Assembly: GCA_963726175.1 (NCBI GenBank)
Contig: CAVSBM010000010.1
Coordinates: 107,155-171,154, forward strand
DNA length: 64,000 bases
Origin: an uncultured Chloroflexia bacterium
Lineage (GTDB): Bacteria > Chloroflexota > Dehalococcoidia > GIF9 > AB-539-J10
Direction: 5' to 3'
Shown: piece after piece, positions 43,221-54,800 of the stretch
Layout of the letters: each line of letters begins with the position of its first letter
How positions within the stretch are numbered: position 1 is the first letter of the stretch
The notes under the pieces: model-generated
What the model saw: only the letters and a program-made list of their open reading frames with translations
Told to the model about the DNA's origin: nothing
Database searches by the model: none
Made by a program: the position numbers and the translations under genes

Positions 43221-43722
43221 TGAGTGGTTTTTCTTGTGCTACAAGGGATAGTATCGCAGCAACCTTTCGCTGAGAATCATGGTAGAGAGAAAACAGTGGG
43301 CTAAAATTAGCTCGGCAAGCTCGCATTAACTGCAAACGGTCGCTTTTAGCCTTGGAAGACGTCTCTTCGTGAGGAAATATGCCACTGCCCCACGGTTCGA
43401 GCTTAACGCGAGCTATCAGCCCGCGCCTAACCTTATTCGCACCCAAGTACTCAAATCGATGCTCATGCAAATAGTAGCTAGGTACGTTGTCATACCGAAG
43501 GATTCCCTGCTCTAACCATTCCTGAAAGGTAATAGCTGCTCTCTGATATCTGTCACTCGTCGGCTCGGGGAATTCCAGGCGAATAGCATTGTAATCGCTC
43601 CTCTTGTAGTAGAGTCTTTGCTGTTGAGGAGTGATGACATCATAGGGTGGACAGATAACCCCGGCCACATCGCCAATTATGCTTTGGTTATAGCGTATAC
43701 CTCGAAATGGGGTAACTTCCAT
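42406..43722 (-). CDS. DUF1015 family protein (frameshifts near 43155 and 42965-42980)
   Basis: PFRGIRY, PPYDVI, PHEET, IADGHHRYET, MPRKSTYFYPKL.GLV across three frames. Confidence 0.88.
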
Positions 43723-43826
43723 TTAGTTGAATCTCAGCTTCTAAGTTCTAAGCTCAAGACAAATCCAAGATTCTGAATTCCAATACCAAAACTCGTTTCC
43801 TTATCGTCCCGATTTATGGGGATGGC

Positions 43827-43934
43827 AGGTCTCAACCAGCCGAAGTGGCAGGAGAAACAACGGTTCCGATTCTCCTACGATAAAGAACAATGGCGGTGCT
43901 TCTTTACCGCCATCACGTCACAGTTTAGAGACCT
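43827..43934. other. Structured intergenic element (four-way junction)
   Basis: AGGTCTC/GAGACCT closing stem enclosing three hairpins. Confidence 0.45.
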
Positions 43935-43950
43935 CGCTCGCTTTCTAAGC

Positions 43951-44421
43951 TTATCGCCCAGCAAGCAACTCTGAAACCACTTCGCTGATCACTCTGCCAT
44001 CAGCCTTGCCTTTGAGTTGAGGCATCAGCTGAGCCATGACTCTGCCCTTGTCGCTCGGCCCCCTGGCTCCAACTGCGTCCATTGCTTGCCTTGCCGCAGC
44101 GACAATTTCTTCACGACCCATCTGTTCGGGAAGGTAGCTCATAACAATAGCCAGTCCCGCCTCTTCCTGCGCTACAAGATCAGCACGATTTCCCTTCTTG
44201 AAGGCCTCGATGCTCTCCCGCCGACGTTTTACTTCCCTTGCAATAACATCAAGCACTCTGTTATCGTCAGCGGGCTTCTGCTGTGCAATCTCATCATTCT
44301 TTATTTCAGCTAATAATAGCCTTAATGCAGAAACCTCTACTCTCTGCTGCCGCTTAAGTGCTCCCTTGAGGGTTTCCTGAATCTTATTCTTGAGTCTTGT
44401 TTCCTGGCTACTAGGACTCAT
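43951..44421 (-). CDS. GatB/YqeY domain protein
   Basis: KRRRESIEAF.KG.R.DL...E, YLPEQM, G.VM..LM..LKGKADG; follows rpsU. Confidence 0.93.
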   Translation of the reverse strand: MSPSSQETRLKNKIQETLKGALKRQQRVEVSALRLLLAEIKNDEIAQQKPADDNRVLDVIAREVKRRRESIEAFKKGNRADLVAQEEAGLAIVMSYLPEQMGREEIVAAARQAMDAVGARGPSDKGRVMAQLMPQLKGKADGRVISEVVSELLAGR

Positions 44422-44510
44422 GGGAGTCCGCTCCTTTTTCTCGTCGGAGCCCAAGGGATGGCAATGAACAAATCCCGGGCTTTTTAGAGAACAAACTTCT
44501 TCAGAGGTGA

Positions 44511-44687
44511 TTATCTAAAGCTTTTACGCCTTTTCGCTGCCGCTTTCTTTCTCCTCTCTTCACTAGGTTTCTCAAAGTGCCTGCGGCGGCGAACTTCAGC
44601 TAAAATCCGGTCTTGCTGCACCTGCCTATTAAATCTACGCAGCAGCGCCTCGAAACTCTCACCTGAACCAAGCTTTACATCAGCCAT
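44511..44687 (-). CDS. rpsU: 30S ribosomal protein S21
   Basis: ESFEALLRRF, RRRHFEKPS..R.KK..A. Confidence 0.95.
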   Translation of the reverse strand: MADVKLGSGESFEALLRRFNRQVQQDRILAEVRRRRHFEKPSEERRKKAAAKRRKSFR

Positions 44688-44813
44688 ATCAAAACAATGC
44701 ATTCTACCCCAGTCACTCCAGCGTGTCAATCAAGGAAGGCAACATTACGTTTGACAAATAGCAGCAAAAATGCTAAGAATATAACATCTGGGAGCGAGGA
44801 TACGGTAGAGGAC

Positions 44814-45215
44814 ATGGCAGTAGAGCAACAAAAACCCAAGTTTGATTCGATAGTCAGGTCCCTAGCAAAGAGGGGCTTCTCTCTTTTGGTGAAAGCGGTA
44901 GATAAATACGCTCCTGACAGGTTGCTGCTCTTTGGCCTCAACTTCCTGGACAAACGTGTTCCAAATAGACTCATTTCGTTCGCAATCAAAGTGGTAAGGA
45001 AACTAGCTTCCGCTAGACTGCGGGCGACCGCTATTGCTGCCGCTGATGAGTATGTGCCCGACGAGGTAGCGAACTCCAGAAAGGTCTGTGCTGTCATTGC
45101 CGGAGTAGGGAAGTACATTCCAGACGAGATGATTCCACCGGAATCCGCAGGAAGGTGGGAGAATCTCAGAACAAAGTTCCATATTCCGAAATTAGTGTCG
45201 AGCAGGCGAAAGTGA
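44814..45215 (+). CDS. Basic hypothetical protein with four KYxPD-like motifs
   Basis: GAGG SD, upstream TTGACA...TAAGAAT promoter, internal repeats. Confidence 0.6.
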   Translation: MAVEQQKPKFDSIVRSLAKRGFSLLVKAVDKYAPDRLLLFGLNFLDKRVPNRLISFAIKVVRKLASARLRATAIAAADEYVPDEVANSRKVCAVIAGVGKYIPDEMIPPESAGRWENLRTKFHIPKLVSSRRK

Positions 45216-45287
45216 GACTGAGAGTCGAGACACCTATTCACGGCGAAGCTTCTCACGACATTGGCTAGAGAAGAGTAGGGTTATTGA

Positions 45288-46337
45288 ATGCAGTACAAAA
45301 AGGTCTGTGTTGAGTCTTTTGGTTATGAACTGCCCGAGAATATCATTACATCACTGAGCCTGGAAGAAAGACTGGCGCCAATATACAGTAAACTGGGGCT
45401 TTCCTACGGGCGCTTGGCAACGATGACGGGGATTCGCGAACGGCGATTCTGGGACGATGGAGTGACGCCGAGCCAAGCGAGCATAAAGGCAGCAGAAAAA
45501 GCGATTAGCAGGTCGGGAGTCAACAAAGAGGATATCGGATGCCTGCTTCACACCTCGGTATCTCGTGATTTTCTGGAGCCAGCGACGGCTACGGTAGTCC
45601 ACGATTCCTTAGGTCTCCCATCCACAGCTACCATTTTTGATATCTCCAATGCCTGCCTCGGTTTCATCAACGGCATGGTGACTTTGGCGAATATGATTGA
45701 GCTGGGTCAGGTAAGAGCGGGAATCGTAGTTGGCTGCGAGAGCAGCAAACCACTTATCGATGCAACAATCGATAGACTCTTGAAAGACCCGGACGTCACC
45801 AGAGATAAGCTCAAACTCGCCTTTGCCACTTTGACTTTGGGGTCAGGGGCAGTGGCAGCAGTGTTAACTCACTCCTCACTATCAAGAGACGGCCATAGAC
45901 TCCTTGGCGGCGTAACACGCGCTGCCTCACAACACAATGATCTTTGTCGCATACAAACCGATACCTGCCTGTCCGACCCGAGCATTTCGCTTGATATGCG
46001 CACAGACTCGACTGAGCTCCTTAAGAATGGGGCGAAATTGGTGCCTGGCACGTGGGAGGGCACAAAACAAGAGCTTGGATGGAGGGACTCCGATGTAGAT
46101 AGGTTTTTTACTCACCAGGTTAGCGCCATGCATAGCAGACGATTGTTCAGGACTCTGGGACTAGATAAGGCAAGAGACTTTTCCACTCTCGAATATCTAG
46201 GAAACATTGGGTCGGTTTCCCTACCCATTACCATGGCTATCGGAATTGACCAGGGGTGCCTTAAACCTGGTGACAAGGTTGCCATGATGGGGATTGGCAG
46301 TGGGATAGTCTGTCTTATGCTTGGTCTGGAATGGTAG
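45288..46337 (+). CDS. oleA: OleA-like acyl-CoA condensing thiolase (KAS III family)
   Basis: RDFLEPATA (Glu), FDISNACLGF (Cys), TLTLGSGAVA, HQVS (His), GNIGSVS (Asn), GIGSG. Confidence 0.8.
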   Translation: MQYKKVCVESFGYELPENIITSLSLEERLAPIYSKLGLSYGRLATMTGIRERRFWDDGVTPSQASIKAAEKAISRSGVNKEDIGCLLHTSVSRDFLEPATATVVHDSLGLPSTATIFDISNACLGFINGMVTLANMIELGQVRAGIVVGCESSKPLIDATIDRLLKDPDVTRDKLKLAFATLTLGSGAVAAVLTHSSLSRDGHRLLGGVTRAASQHNDLCRIQTDTCLSDPSISLDMRTDSTELLKNGAKLVPGTWEGTKQELGWRDSDVDRFFTHQVSAMHSRRLFRTLGLDKARDFSTLEYLGNIGSVSLPITMAIGIDQGCLKPGDKVAMMGIGSGIVCLMLGLEW

Positions 46338-46452
46338 AGAGAATGGCCCTGGCAAAATGAAGTCAGGGAAATACTCACTCCGACAATAGTGCAGTTAGAC
46401 AAATTTCTTCAGGCCGCCCTAACATCTGCGTTTTCGATCGAAGTGTTATCCT

Positions 46453-46935
46453 ATGTTGGCAAATAAGCCTAATGAAGCACGAATTGTGATTACTGATGTT
46501 AGTGATTCTATTCTACCCGACGAAGGAAGACAAACTCAGTGCATGAAACTTGCCCTTGACAAAGCTGGTATATCTCCAGAAGATATCGATATCAGCAGTA
46601 CCCACGGGACAGGCAGTGCTGAAGGAGACGCTGTGGAGTGTGAGCAATTATCTTCGGTGAGCATCCTTGCGCCTATATGAACAATGCCAAGAGCTTCACC
46701 GATAATGCTATGGGGGAAGTCGGGGTCCTAGAACTAGCCGACAACTTGCCTTCTTTTGAAGAGCATCTCGTCTACCCTATGATCAATCTGGATCACTTGG
46801 ACCTTAACTACCGTCTGAACAATCTAGTTACCAACGAACCAAAAAGGATTGACAAGGTTGACTTATATATTGAATAATTCCTTAAGAATGTTGGACATCA
46901 CCTGGGTCGTCGTTGTAGGAAGATTTGAGAAATAA
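46453..46935 (+). pseudogene. Decayed FabF/FabB-type ketosynthase
   Basis: N-terminal RIVIT joined directly to C-terminal ALDKAGI.PEDID..STHGT and NN.KS motifs; large deletion, stops, lost conserved residues. Confidence 0.75.
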
Positions 46936-46971
46936 AGCTGAAGGTATTCTTAGATAGCGAACGCAGTGTAC

Positions 46972-47223
46972 ATGACCAAGGAACAAATCAGAGCCACCAT
47001 TCCGAAAATCATAGCGCAAATCGTTCCAGACGAAGACCTGAGTAATCTCAAGGGCGATATCCCGATACGAGAACAAATGAAACCGGACTCCATGGACCTC
47101 TTGCACGTTATCGTGGAGCTAGGAAAACGCTATGGTGTCGAAGTGCCCGGGGATGACTATGTGCAATTAGCTATTTCGGATAGCTCTATAGCTTGCCTGG
47201 AGCCAAGGATGCAAGGACTTTAG
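46972..47223 (+). CDS. Acyl carrier protein (possibly degenerating)
   Basis: DSMD phosphopantetheine motif, EL.KRYGVEVP.DDY. Confidence 0.75.
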   Translation: MTKEQIRATIPKIIAQIVPDEDLSNLKGDIPIREQMKPDSMDLLHVIVELGKRYGVEVPGDDYVQLAISDSSIACLEPRMQGL

Positions 47224-47304
47224 ACTAAAATGGTGTTAACTTTGCTCGTCTCTGTGCCGGGTCACTGCCAGACCAAGGAAAGTCACCCCCAGCAATGCCG
47301 ATCA

Positions 47305-49564
47305 ATGCAGCACAAGAAGTGCAATAAGAACATAGCATTTGGTTCCAAGAGGCAGCGTGACATCGCAAGAGCCAGCATCGTTTTGATCATGGTAGCCTTA
47401 ATTGCGGGTATGGTAGGCTGTGCTCTTCCTCCTGTTCGGATACAGGATTGGAATGATTTGAATGCCATCCGAGACAACCCAACCGGTCGCTACCGTCTGA
47501 TGAACGACCTCGATTTCGGCTCTCCCGGTTATTGGGGACTAGCAAGCATGATAGCCAACTACGGAAAGGGCTGGCAGCCGATTGGAACTTCGGGTAACCC
47601 CTTTACCGGGAGCTTCGACGCGCAGGGATACCAGATAAGACACCTGTTTATCAACCGCCCTGATGAAAATGAGGTCGGGCTTTTCGGCTCTGTTGATGAA
47701 AGAGGGATCATCGAGGGTGTTGCAGTGGTGAGCGCTACTGTGACTGGCAAGCAATATGTTGGCGGCGTGGTGGGAAATAATTCGGGCACTCTGAGCAACT
47801 CCTATTTCAGCGGCAGCGTGACGGGCGACCAGTGCCTCGGGGCTCTGGTGGGAACGAATGTCGGCACCGTGAGCAACTCCCACTACAATTACGACGAAGT
47901 TCTGATTGACGAAGAAAACATGATTACCATTGGAGCCTTGTTCGCTGAAGACTTGAAGCAGTGGCTTGCCAAGGGCAAGTTTTTGGACGTCAATCAAAGG
48001 CTTTCTCAGGAGAATGGTTATTATCTAGTAAACAACGTCAGTGATTTCAAAGAACTGCTCGCCTTCGGTCAGGATAGTTCCCTCAGATTTCGATTGACAA
48101 AAGATCTAGACTTAGGCAGTGAGGCCAACTTCTACATTCCCTATCTGGCGGGAGAATTTTATGGAAATGGTCACAAGATACTGGGCTCGACCTTCAACTC
48201 TGACTTTGCTTCACAAGTCGGATTGTTTGGATATCTTGCTCCCGGCGCAAAAGTCAGTCAACTGGGTGTCGAGAACGTAAACGTAGCCGGCGCTTATGTG
48301 GTTGGCGGTCTAGTGGGAGGAAATAATGGCATTGTGAGCGACTCCTATTGCAGCGGCAATGTAGCTGGTGATGATTGCGTGGGCGGTATGATCGGACATA
48401 ATTGGAATGGCAGCGTGAGCAACTCTTATTCTGCCGGCAGTGTGGTTGGTAAGAGGGACGTCGGTGGCCTGGTCGGCATTAACGGGGGTGCCTTGACCGA
48501 CTGCCATTCGAGCAGTGGCATCACTGGTTCGTACTCTGCCGGTGGTCTGGCCGGAACGAACAAAGGCAGCGTGGCCAACTCCTATTCGAGTGGCACCGTC
48601 AGTGCCTGGTATTCCGTAGGCAGCCTCATCGGAATTAATGAGGGCAGCCTGAGCAATTCTTACTCGAGTGGTAGTGTCACCGGCTGGTATTCTGTTGGCG
48701 GTCTGATCGGAGTTAATTCACAAAGTGTGAGCAACGCCCACTCCAACGCCAGCGTGAGTGGCAGGTCGGATGTTGGCGGTCTAGTGGGAAGCAATCACGG
48801 CCCTGTGAGCGGACTCCTACGTCACAGGCAGTGTGGCCGGCGAGCGGGATGTTGGCGGTCTGGTGGGAACTAATTACGACACTGTAAGGAATTCCCATGC
48901 CACAGGCAGTGTGACCGGCCAGTGGAATGCCGGCGGTCTGGCTGGAAGTAATCATGGAGCTGTGAGGAACTCTTATTCTGCGGGCAGCATGACTGGCAAC
49001 TACTATGTTGGAGGCCTGGTGGGAGGGAATAATGGCACTGTGAGCAACTCTCTCTCCACAGGTAGCGTGACCGGCAACTATTATGTTGGCGGTCTCACAG
49101 GATCTAATTCGGGCACTGTAAGCAGCTCCTATTCCACTGCCAGCGTGAGTGGCTCTTCCATTGTTAGCGGCCTGGTGGGAATCAATGATTGGGATGGCAT
49201 TGTAAGCAACTCCTATTCCACAGGCAGCGTGGCTGGCAACTATTACATTGGCGGTCTAGTAGGAGTGAATTTCGGTACGGTCGATAACTCGTATTCCAGG
49301 GGTAACGTGACTGGCCATGAGTATGTTGGTGGTCTGTTGGCTGTGAATTGGGGAGGCACTGGTAGCAACTCCTTCTGGGATACCGAAACCAGCGGACAAG
49401 CTACTTCGGCTAGCGGGACAGGCAAGACCACCGCAGAAATGCAGCACATCACCACGTTCTTAGGGGCAGCGTGGGACATATGCGCGGTCGCCCCTGGCGC
49501 GATCAACTCTGCCTACACTTGGAATATCGTTAATGAGCAGACCTATCCCTTCCTGAGCTGGTAG
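47305..49564 (+). CDS. GLUG-repeat lipoprotein (one +1 shift near 48811)
   Basis: Lipobox MVGC, many VGGLVG.N.G.V.NSYS.G.V repeats, SFWD.ETSGQ..S..G.GKTT.EM tail. Confidence 0.88.
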
Positions 49565-49902
49565 TCCGTTATCTAATACAGGCAAAGCTCGAAATTCCTC
49601 TCTGTGCCGTCACTCCCAGACTAAGAAAGTCAGCCCAAGCAACGCTGACGCGTAGAACGCACGAAGAGAAACCGAGTTGGTCCTTTTACCATCTATAGTA
49701 CACTTTGTGAACTAAGACTACGCTAAAACTAAGCTATCACATGCTCGTAAGCCAGCAACACAGGGTTTTGCCGCATCTTCTCAAGGATTGAAGGCTTAGT
49801 TAGCCTCTGATTTTGAAAGGAGCTGGGGCTAAACCTTGCCCACCATGACAACGTGAACTGTTTACAAATTCGTAATGTCAGCTTCCACAAAGTGCTAGTT
49901 TA

Positions 49903-52900
49903 TTAAACCATGCTGTATCTTTCGTGGTATAACTTCGCTTGATGTATGAAAGCCTCTATCCTTGTCTTTGCGTTGGTTTGCTGTAGCCCATCGTATATCA
50001 TGTTGAGCACAGGAATGCGGTTGTGCTCCCTTTGTATCCCTCTATAAATTGCAGTGGACAGAGTTCCATAAAGGCAATTTAGAATGACTAGATTAGCTAT
50101 ACCACTGCAGCCCTGCATAGCATAATTTTTCGCCTTAGCCACATTTACCGTTACTACCGGGTCTATATCATCACTTACATAAGGAGCGGCAAGCGTAACC
50201 ATATCCTCAACCTTGGGGATCCTGCAATCTCGAAGTCCGTCTTTCATCATTCCCTCAATCTTTCCCTTCCAGTGCATAAACGGAAACCTTCTAAGATAAT
50301 AATAAAGGGCAGCGAGATATTTTCCCCTAGAAAAGTGGGTCTCCGGATATACCTCATTAAAATATACTATGTAATCCGTAGTAGTCGGCCCAAGTCTCGC
50401 TTCAGCGCCCAGCGACTCAAACTCCCTGATTATGCCGTTGTTAGCCCAGGAGTTCATACAGGTATAGAACTCTCCCACGATACCTATAATTGGTCTATCT
50501 TCATTCTTAGTTGGAATCTCGTCCATAGCTGCTATTGAGCGCTTTAAAGCTTGCCAAAATTTCCCGTTGATAGTTCCAGAGGCTATCTCCTCTATGGCTT
50601 GTGCGTAAACCCTGTCACTCTCCCCTTTATTTACTTCATAAGGGCGAATATGAAGCAACTTCTTTAATAGGACATCCGTAGCTAGCCAACCCTTCCAGAT
50701 AGCTTCCGCCCACTTTAATCCAAATAATTCGGTGCATTCATCATGGCGGATAGAGGCAACTGGGGCAACTATAGGGATATGCCCCAAACCTAATCTCTTG
50801 AGAACCAATTTCTGAGACAAGGCATATTGACTAAACCTGCATGAACCATCGAAGTTAAGCATCATAAATGCTGCCCTATCAGGGTCAAAATCTTCAAGTT
50901 CGGTCATCCTGACTAAATCCCCTGTGGTGAGTAAATAGGGATGACATTCCTTGCCAGAGACATATCTTCTTCCTATCTCCTCCGATAATTCATCAGGCTC
51001 GGGCAAAACTCGGGCATCTAGCCCCACTGATTTTAGGGCGGCGGCCCAAACAACGGAGTGCGCGGAAACATAAGAGATATAAATACTTTTATCCAGTTCC
51101 CTAATCCTCTTTGCTGGTTTGAAGATACTTATCCCACCAGAGGGTCTAATCACACTGAGGTCTTCTTGCCTTTCCTCCTTTACCCGCGTTTTCGGTCTAC
51201 CAAGGGTATCAAGAAAGGCTTCAACCCTGGTGGTCATTCCAGCATCACCGCTGTGCTCATCTACCTCCAGAAGTAGATAAGGATCCTCTTCCATGGTTTC
51301 CTCAAGATACTTCCAGAAGAAAGCATCAGGACCGCAGCCATAATTGGTGATCATTATAGGATTCAAGCTGGGGTTATTCTTAGCTATCATCGCTGCCCTC
51401 AGAAGATTTTGTTCATTCTTCCAAACTAAGTTGGAGTAATGAGGCGGCAGTTCAACCATATCCAGCGGCAGTAGGTCAAAGGGTATGGCCAGCATTCCTA
51501 GATGTCGCAATTTCTTGGCAATATTTAGATTCAACCCCAAATCATGAACATTGTAAGGCTTTCCTATTACCACCACGGCTTCATTATCTTTCTTAAGGGT
51601 TTTAAGTATCTCTTGACCTCTTTCTCGACGCATCCTTTCGAATTCTTCTTGAGCCTTAAGCGCAGCCTTTATGGCTGAGGCAATTTCCCCTGTTTCTTTT
51701 CCAAATTCCCTGCCTATCTTCTCCATTTGCACCTTGAGGTTCTCTTTTTCCTTTGCCATAAATATGCTAGGACTTATGATTTTTGCTTTATCTTTAAAAG
51801 CAGGCCTAAGCATGAAGGGGATACCCTGAATCAAGGGGCAGTTGTAGCTCCTGGTTACATCATCACTATCCTTCTCCAGGTCAATAATGCTGGGCAGGAA
51901 TATACGGTCAACACCTTTTTCGATGAGATTTACTACATGCCCATAGGCAATCTTCACCGGATAGCAGGCTTCAGCTAAAACCTCTTGAAGTCCCTTATGA
52001 ATGAGCCTCTTATTAGTTTTATCGGACAGCACCACTCTAACCCCCAACTCCCCAAAAAATGTAGCCCACAATGGAAACTGCTCAAAGAACATGAGCACTC
52101 GTGGAATGCCTATTACCGGAGAATTCGGGGGAAATTCATCCCCCTTATAATAGCTCATAAGCATTTCCTCTCGCTCTTTAAAGAGATCAGGAAGAACCTG
52201 GTCAGCGGTTTTTTCGCCTTTCAGCTCATATCTGTCACAAATACCACCGTAAAAGGATTTGAATTCGCGTCCGATGGATATCCTCTTTATGTCGCAGTGG
52301 TTGGGGCAATGCTGGCATTCAAAGGATTTGACCTCATATTCCCGGTCTATGAGGTCAAACCCGACAAAATTGCTTTTCCCATCCCCATGTCTCCTCTCCA
52401 TGGCAATCAACGCAGCACCTATGGCACCAGTTACATTGTAGTTCTGCGGGAACCGTAATCTTCTTCCCCAAAATATTCTCGAAGGCAGCCACTACACTCT
52501 TATTTCCGGCAACGCCTCCCTGAAAATATATCCTCTCGCCAATTTTTTTATTCCCTACCACCTTTTCAATGTAATTATTGGCAATAGAGTAGGAAAGCCC
52601 CGCTAAGAGATCGACTTTCGGTGAACCCACCTGCTGGTGGTGTATTAAATCAGATTCCATAAAAACAGTGCACCGAGTCCCCAAATCAACAGGAGCTTTC
52701 GAGCTAAAAGCAAGCTTGCTAAACTCTTCCACAACATTTACATCCAATCTATCAGCCTGTTCCTGGAGAAAGGAGCCAGTTCCTGCAGCACAAACCTTGT
52801 TCATCTCAAAATCTACCACTGTACCATTCTTCAGGCGGATATATTTTGAATCCTGCCCCCCTATTTCAAATATGGTGTCTACGGTCTTATCTATATCTAG

Positions 52901-54142
52901 TGTGGCCTTAGCCTGAGCAGTAATTTCATTAATTACTAAATCAGCGCCGACAAAGTCCCCTATAAAATGACGCGCACTGCCAGTGGTCGCCACAGCTTGG
53001 ACTTCAATAAGGTCCTTTATTTCATGACCTATGTCTTTTAATCCTTTCTTGACTGACTCAATGGGATTGCCCTCGGTCATGAGATACTTCGTCGCCAGCA
53101 GCTTCTTGTTTTCATCCAGAACAACGATATTTGTGCTCACAGCGCCAACATCAACCCCCATATACACCTTACTCTTTTGTTGTTTTCAAAAACAGGACAT
53201 TCATCCAAGGGCGTAGAACCATCCCCGTTATTAATCAATCTCCTTAAATGCCCTACCTCAGCTTCATTGGCCTTTTTAGCTAAATAGCGCCTCAAGACCT
53301 CCGTCGCTACTTGAAGTTTGATAGGTGTGTCACTGTGTCTCTCCGAGGCCATCATTGCCGCTCCGATGGCTCCCATGACCTTAAAATACTCGGGAATAAT
53401 CAATTCCCCAGGCTTGAGTTCTAGCAGTTCTTCAAAAGCCTTGAGCCACCCCTTTATTGGCAGCGACGCCACCTTGAAAGGCTATTGGCTTCACGAATCT
53501 CCTCCCTTTACCTAAATTGCTTATGTAATTTCTGGCCAAGGCATAACAAAGCCCAGCTATTATTCCTTCCTGTGATGTCCCCTCTTGCTGCAAATGGATC
53601 ATGTCAGATTTGGCAAAGACACTGCACCTACCTGCAATGGTAGCCGGCTTTTCAGCTCTCGAGGCTAAACTGCTGAACTCATCTATGGAAATCCCCAGAC
53701 GATATGCTTGTTGATCAAGGAAAGAGCCAGTTCCCGCAGCGCATATCTCATTAAGGGCATGGTCAACGATGACTGTCCTTCCACTTTTTTCATCCCACTC
53801 CAGGAAGATCAGCTTTGAGTCCTGCCCTCCAATCTCGATAACTGTCCTAACCTCGGGATGGAAATATGCGACAGCCTTTGCCTGAGTAATAATTTCATTT
53901 TCTTTACCTACACCCATGACATCAGCTATCAGGTCACGTCCGCTGCCCGTGCATACAGCCCCACATAGTTCAGGAAAATCTTCTTCGAGACCCTTAAGAA
54001 CATCAAGCAATACTGGAATAGGTTGCCCCTTCGTCCTCTCATAGACGCTCTCGAGGAGGCGGAGTTTCTCATCAATTACAGCTATGTTCAAGCTGACCGA
54101 GCCGATATCTATCCCCATAAAGGTTTTGCTTTGGCTTGTCAT
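49903..54142 (-). CDS. PlsA/Ger-like protein: two CoA-activase (BadF/BcrA) domains plus DUF2229 and reductase domains, about 1,410 aa (three frameshifts)
   Basis: Two EIGGQDSK / CAAGTGSFL / C.VF.SD sets, C..C.N.C, ACYPVK..GH, YGCGPD, ECHP, CRF.QY, GE.Y. Confidence 0.85.
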
Positions 54143-54558
54143 TTCGATCCCTCGATCCTTGTTTTCACTGCCAGCGCAATCTCGGCTGAGATTGCTTGCC
54201 CACCCCGGCACGCCAGCCAGGCCAGAGCCCCTGAAACGTCGCCACCAACGGTCACCTTCGTCTTGCCATCTACAGGTTCCAGGTTATAGAAGCGTGTCAA
54301 ATTAGTACCCAGGGTCTTTCCTTGCATGACTACATTCCGCTCCGGGACAAACTTGGTGATCGTCATCAATAGTTTGACTGTAAGCCTGCTTACCCTAGCT
54401 GTGACAGAAAGCTGTGAGCCTACTGCCAAAGGCCCATTGGAGACCCTCTGAATCTTCTTGATGGACGGCATCCATTGCGGCCATTCTTCAAGCTTATCTA
54501 TGAGCGCCCAGACTTTCTTGACGGGGGCGTTAATTTCGATGCTGCTTTCAAACCTCAT
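54139..54558 (-). CDS. SRPBCC/START-like ligand-binding protein
   Basis: SIEINAP..KVW..I....WPQWMP; ATGA overlap with next gene. Confidence 0.88.
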   Translation of the reverse strand: MRFESSIEINAPVKKVWALIDKLEEWPQWMPSIKKIQRVSNGPLAVGSQLSVTARVSRLTVKLLMTITKFVPERNVVMQGKTLGTNLTRFYNLEPVDGKTKVTVGGDVSGALAWLACRGGQAISAEIALAVKTRIEGSK

Positions 54559-54800
54559 ACCTGCCAGATTCCCCCCTTACGTCGTACCTTGAAAGTATTA
54601 TACATCATTATACAATCTAATGAGCTAGCCTCGTAGACGTATCCTCTATATCTCTCCAATTCATTACAGGAAGTAAAAAGGTGCCCAAAAGAAATCGGGC
54701 ACGTCGTATTTTTCTTGAGGCCAGGTTGTCATCAGTGATAAAATGAGTTCTAGAGGGTACCTCAAAATCGGTCTTGTACCCAGTGAAACTCAATCGAGGC

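Noticed and set aside
47305-49564. Diversity-generating retroelement target in the GLUG or other repeat proteins
   Set aside because: No reverse transcriptase and no template/variable repeat pair with adenine-specific mismatches in the window
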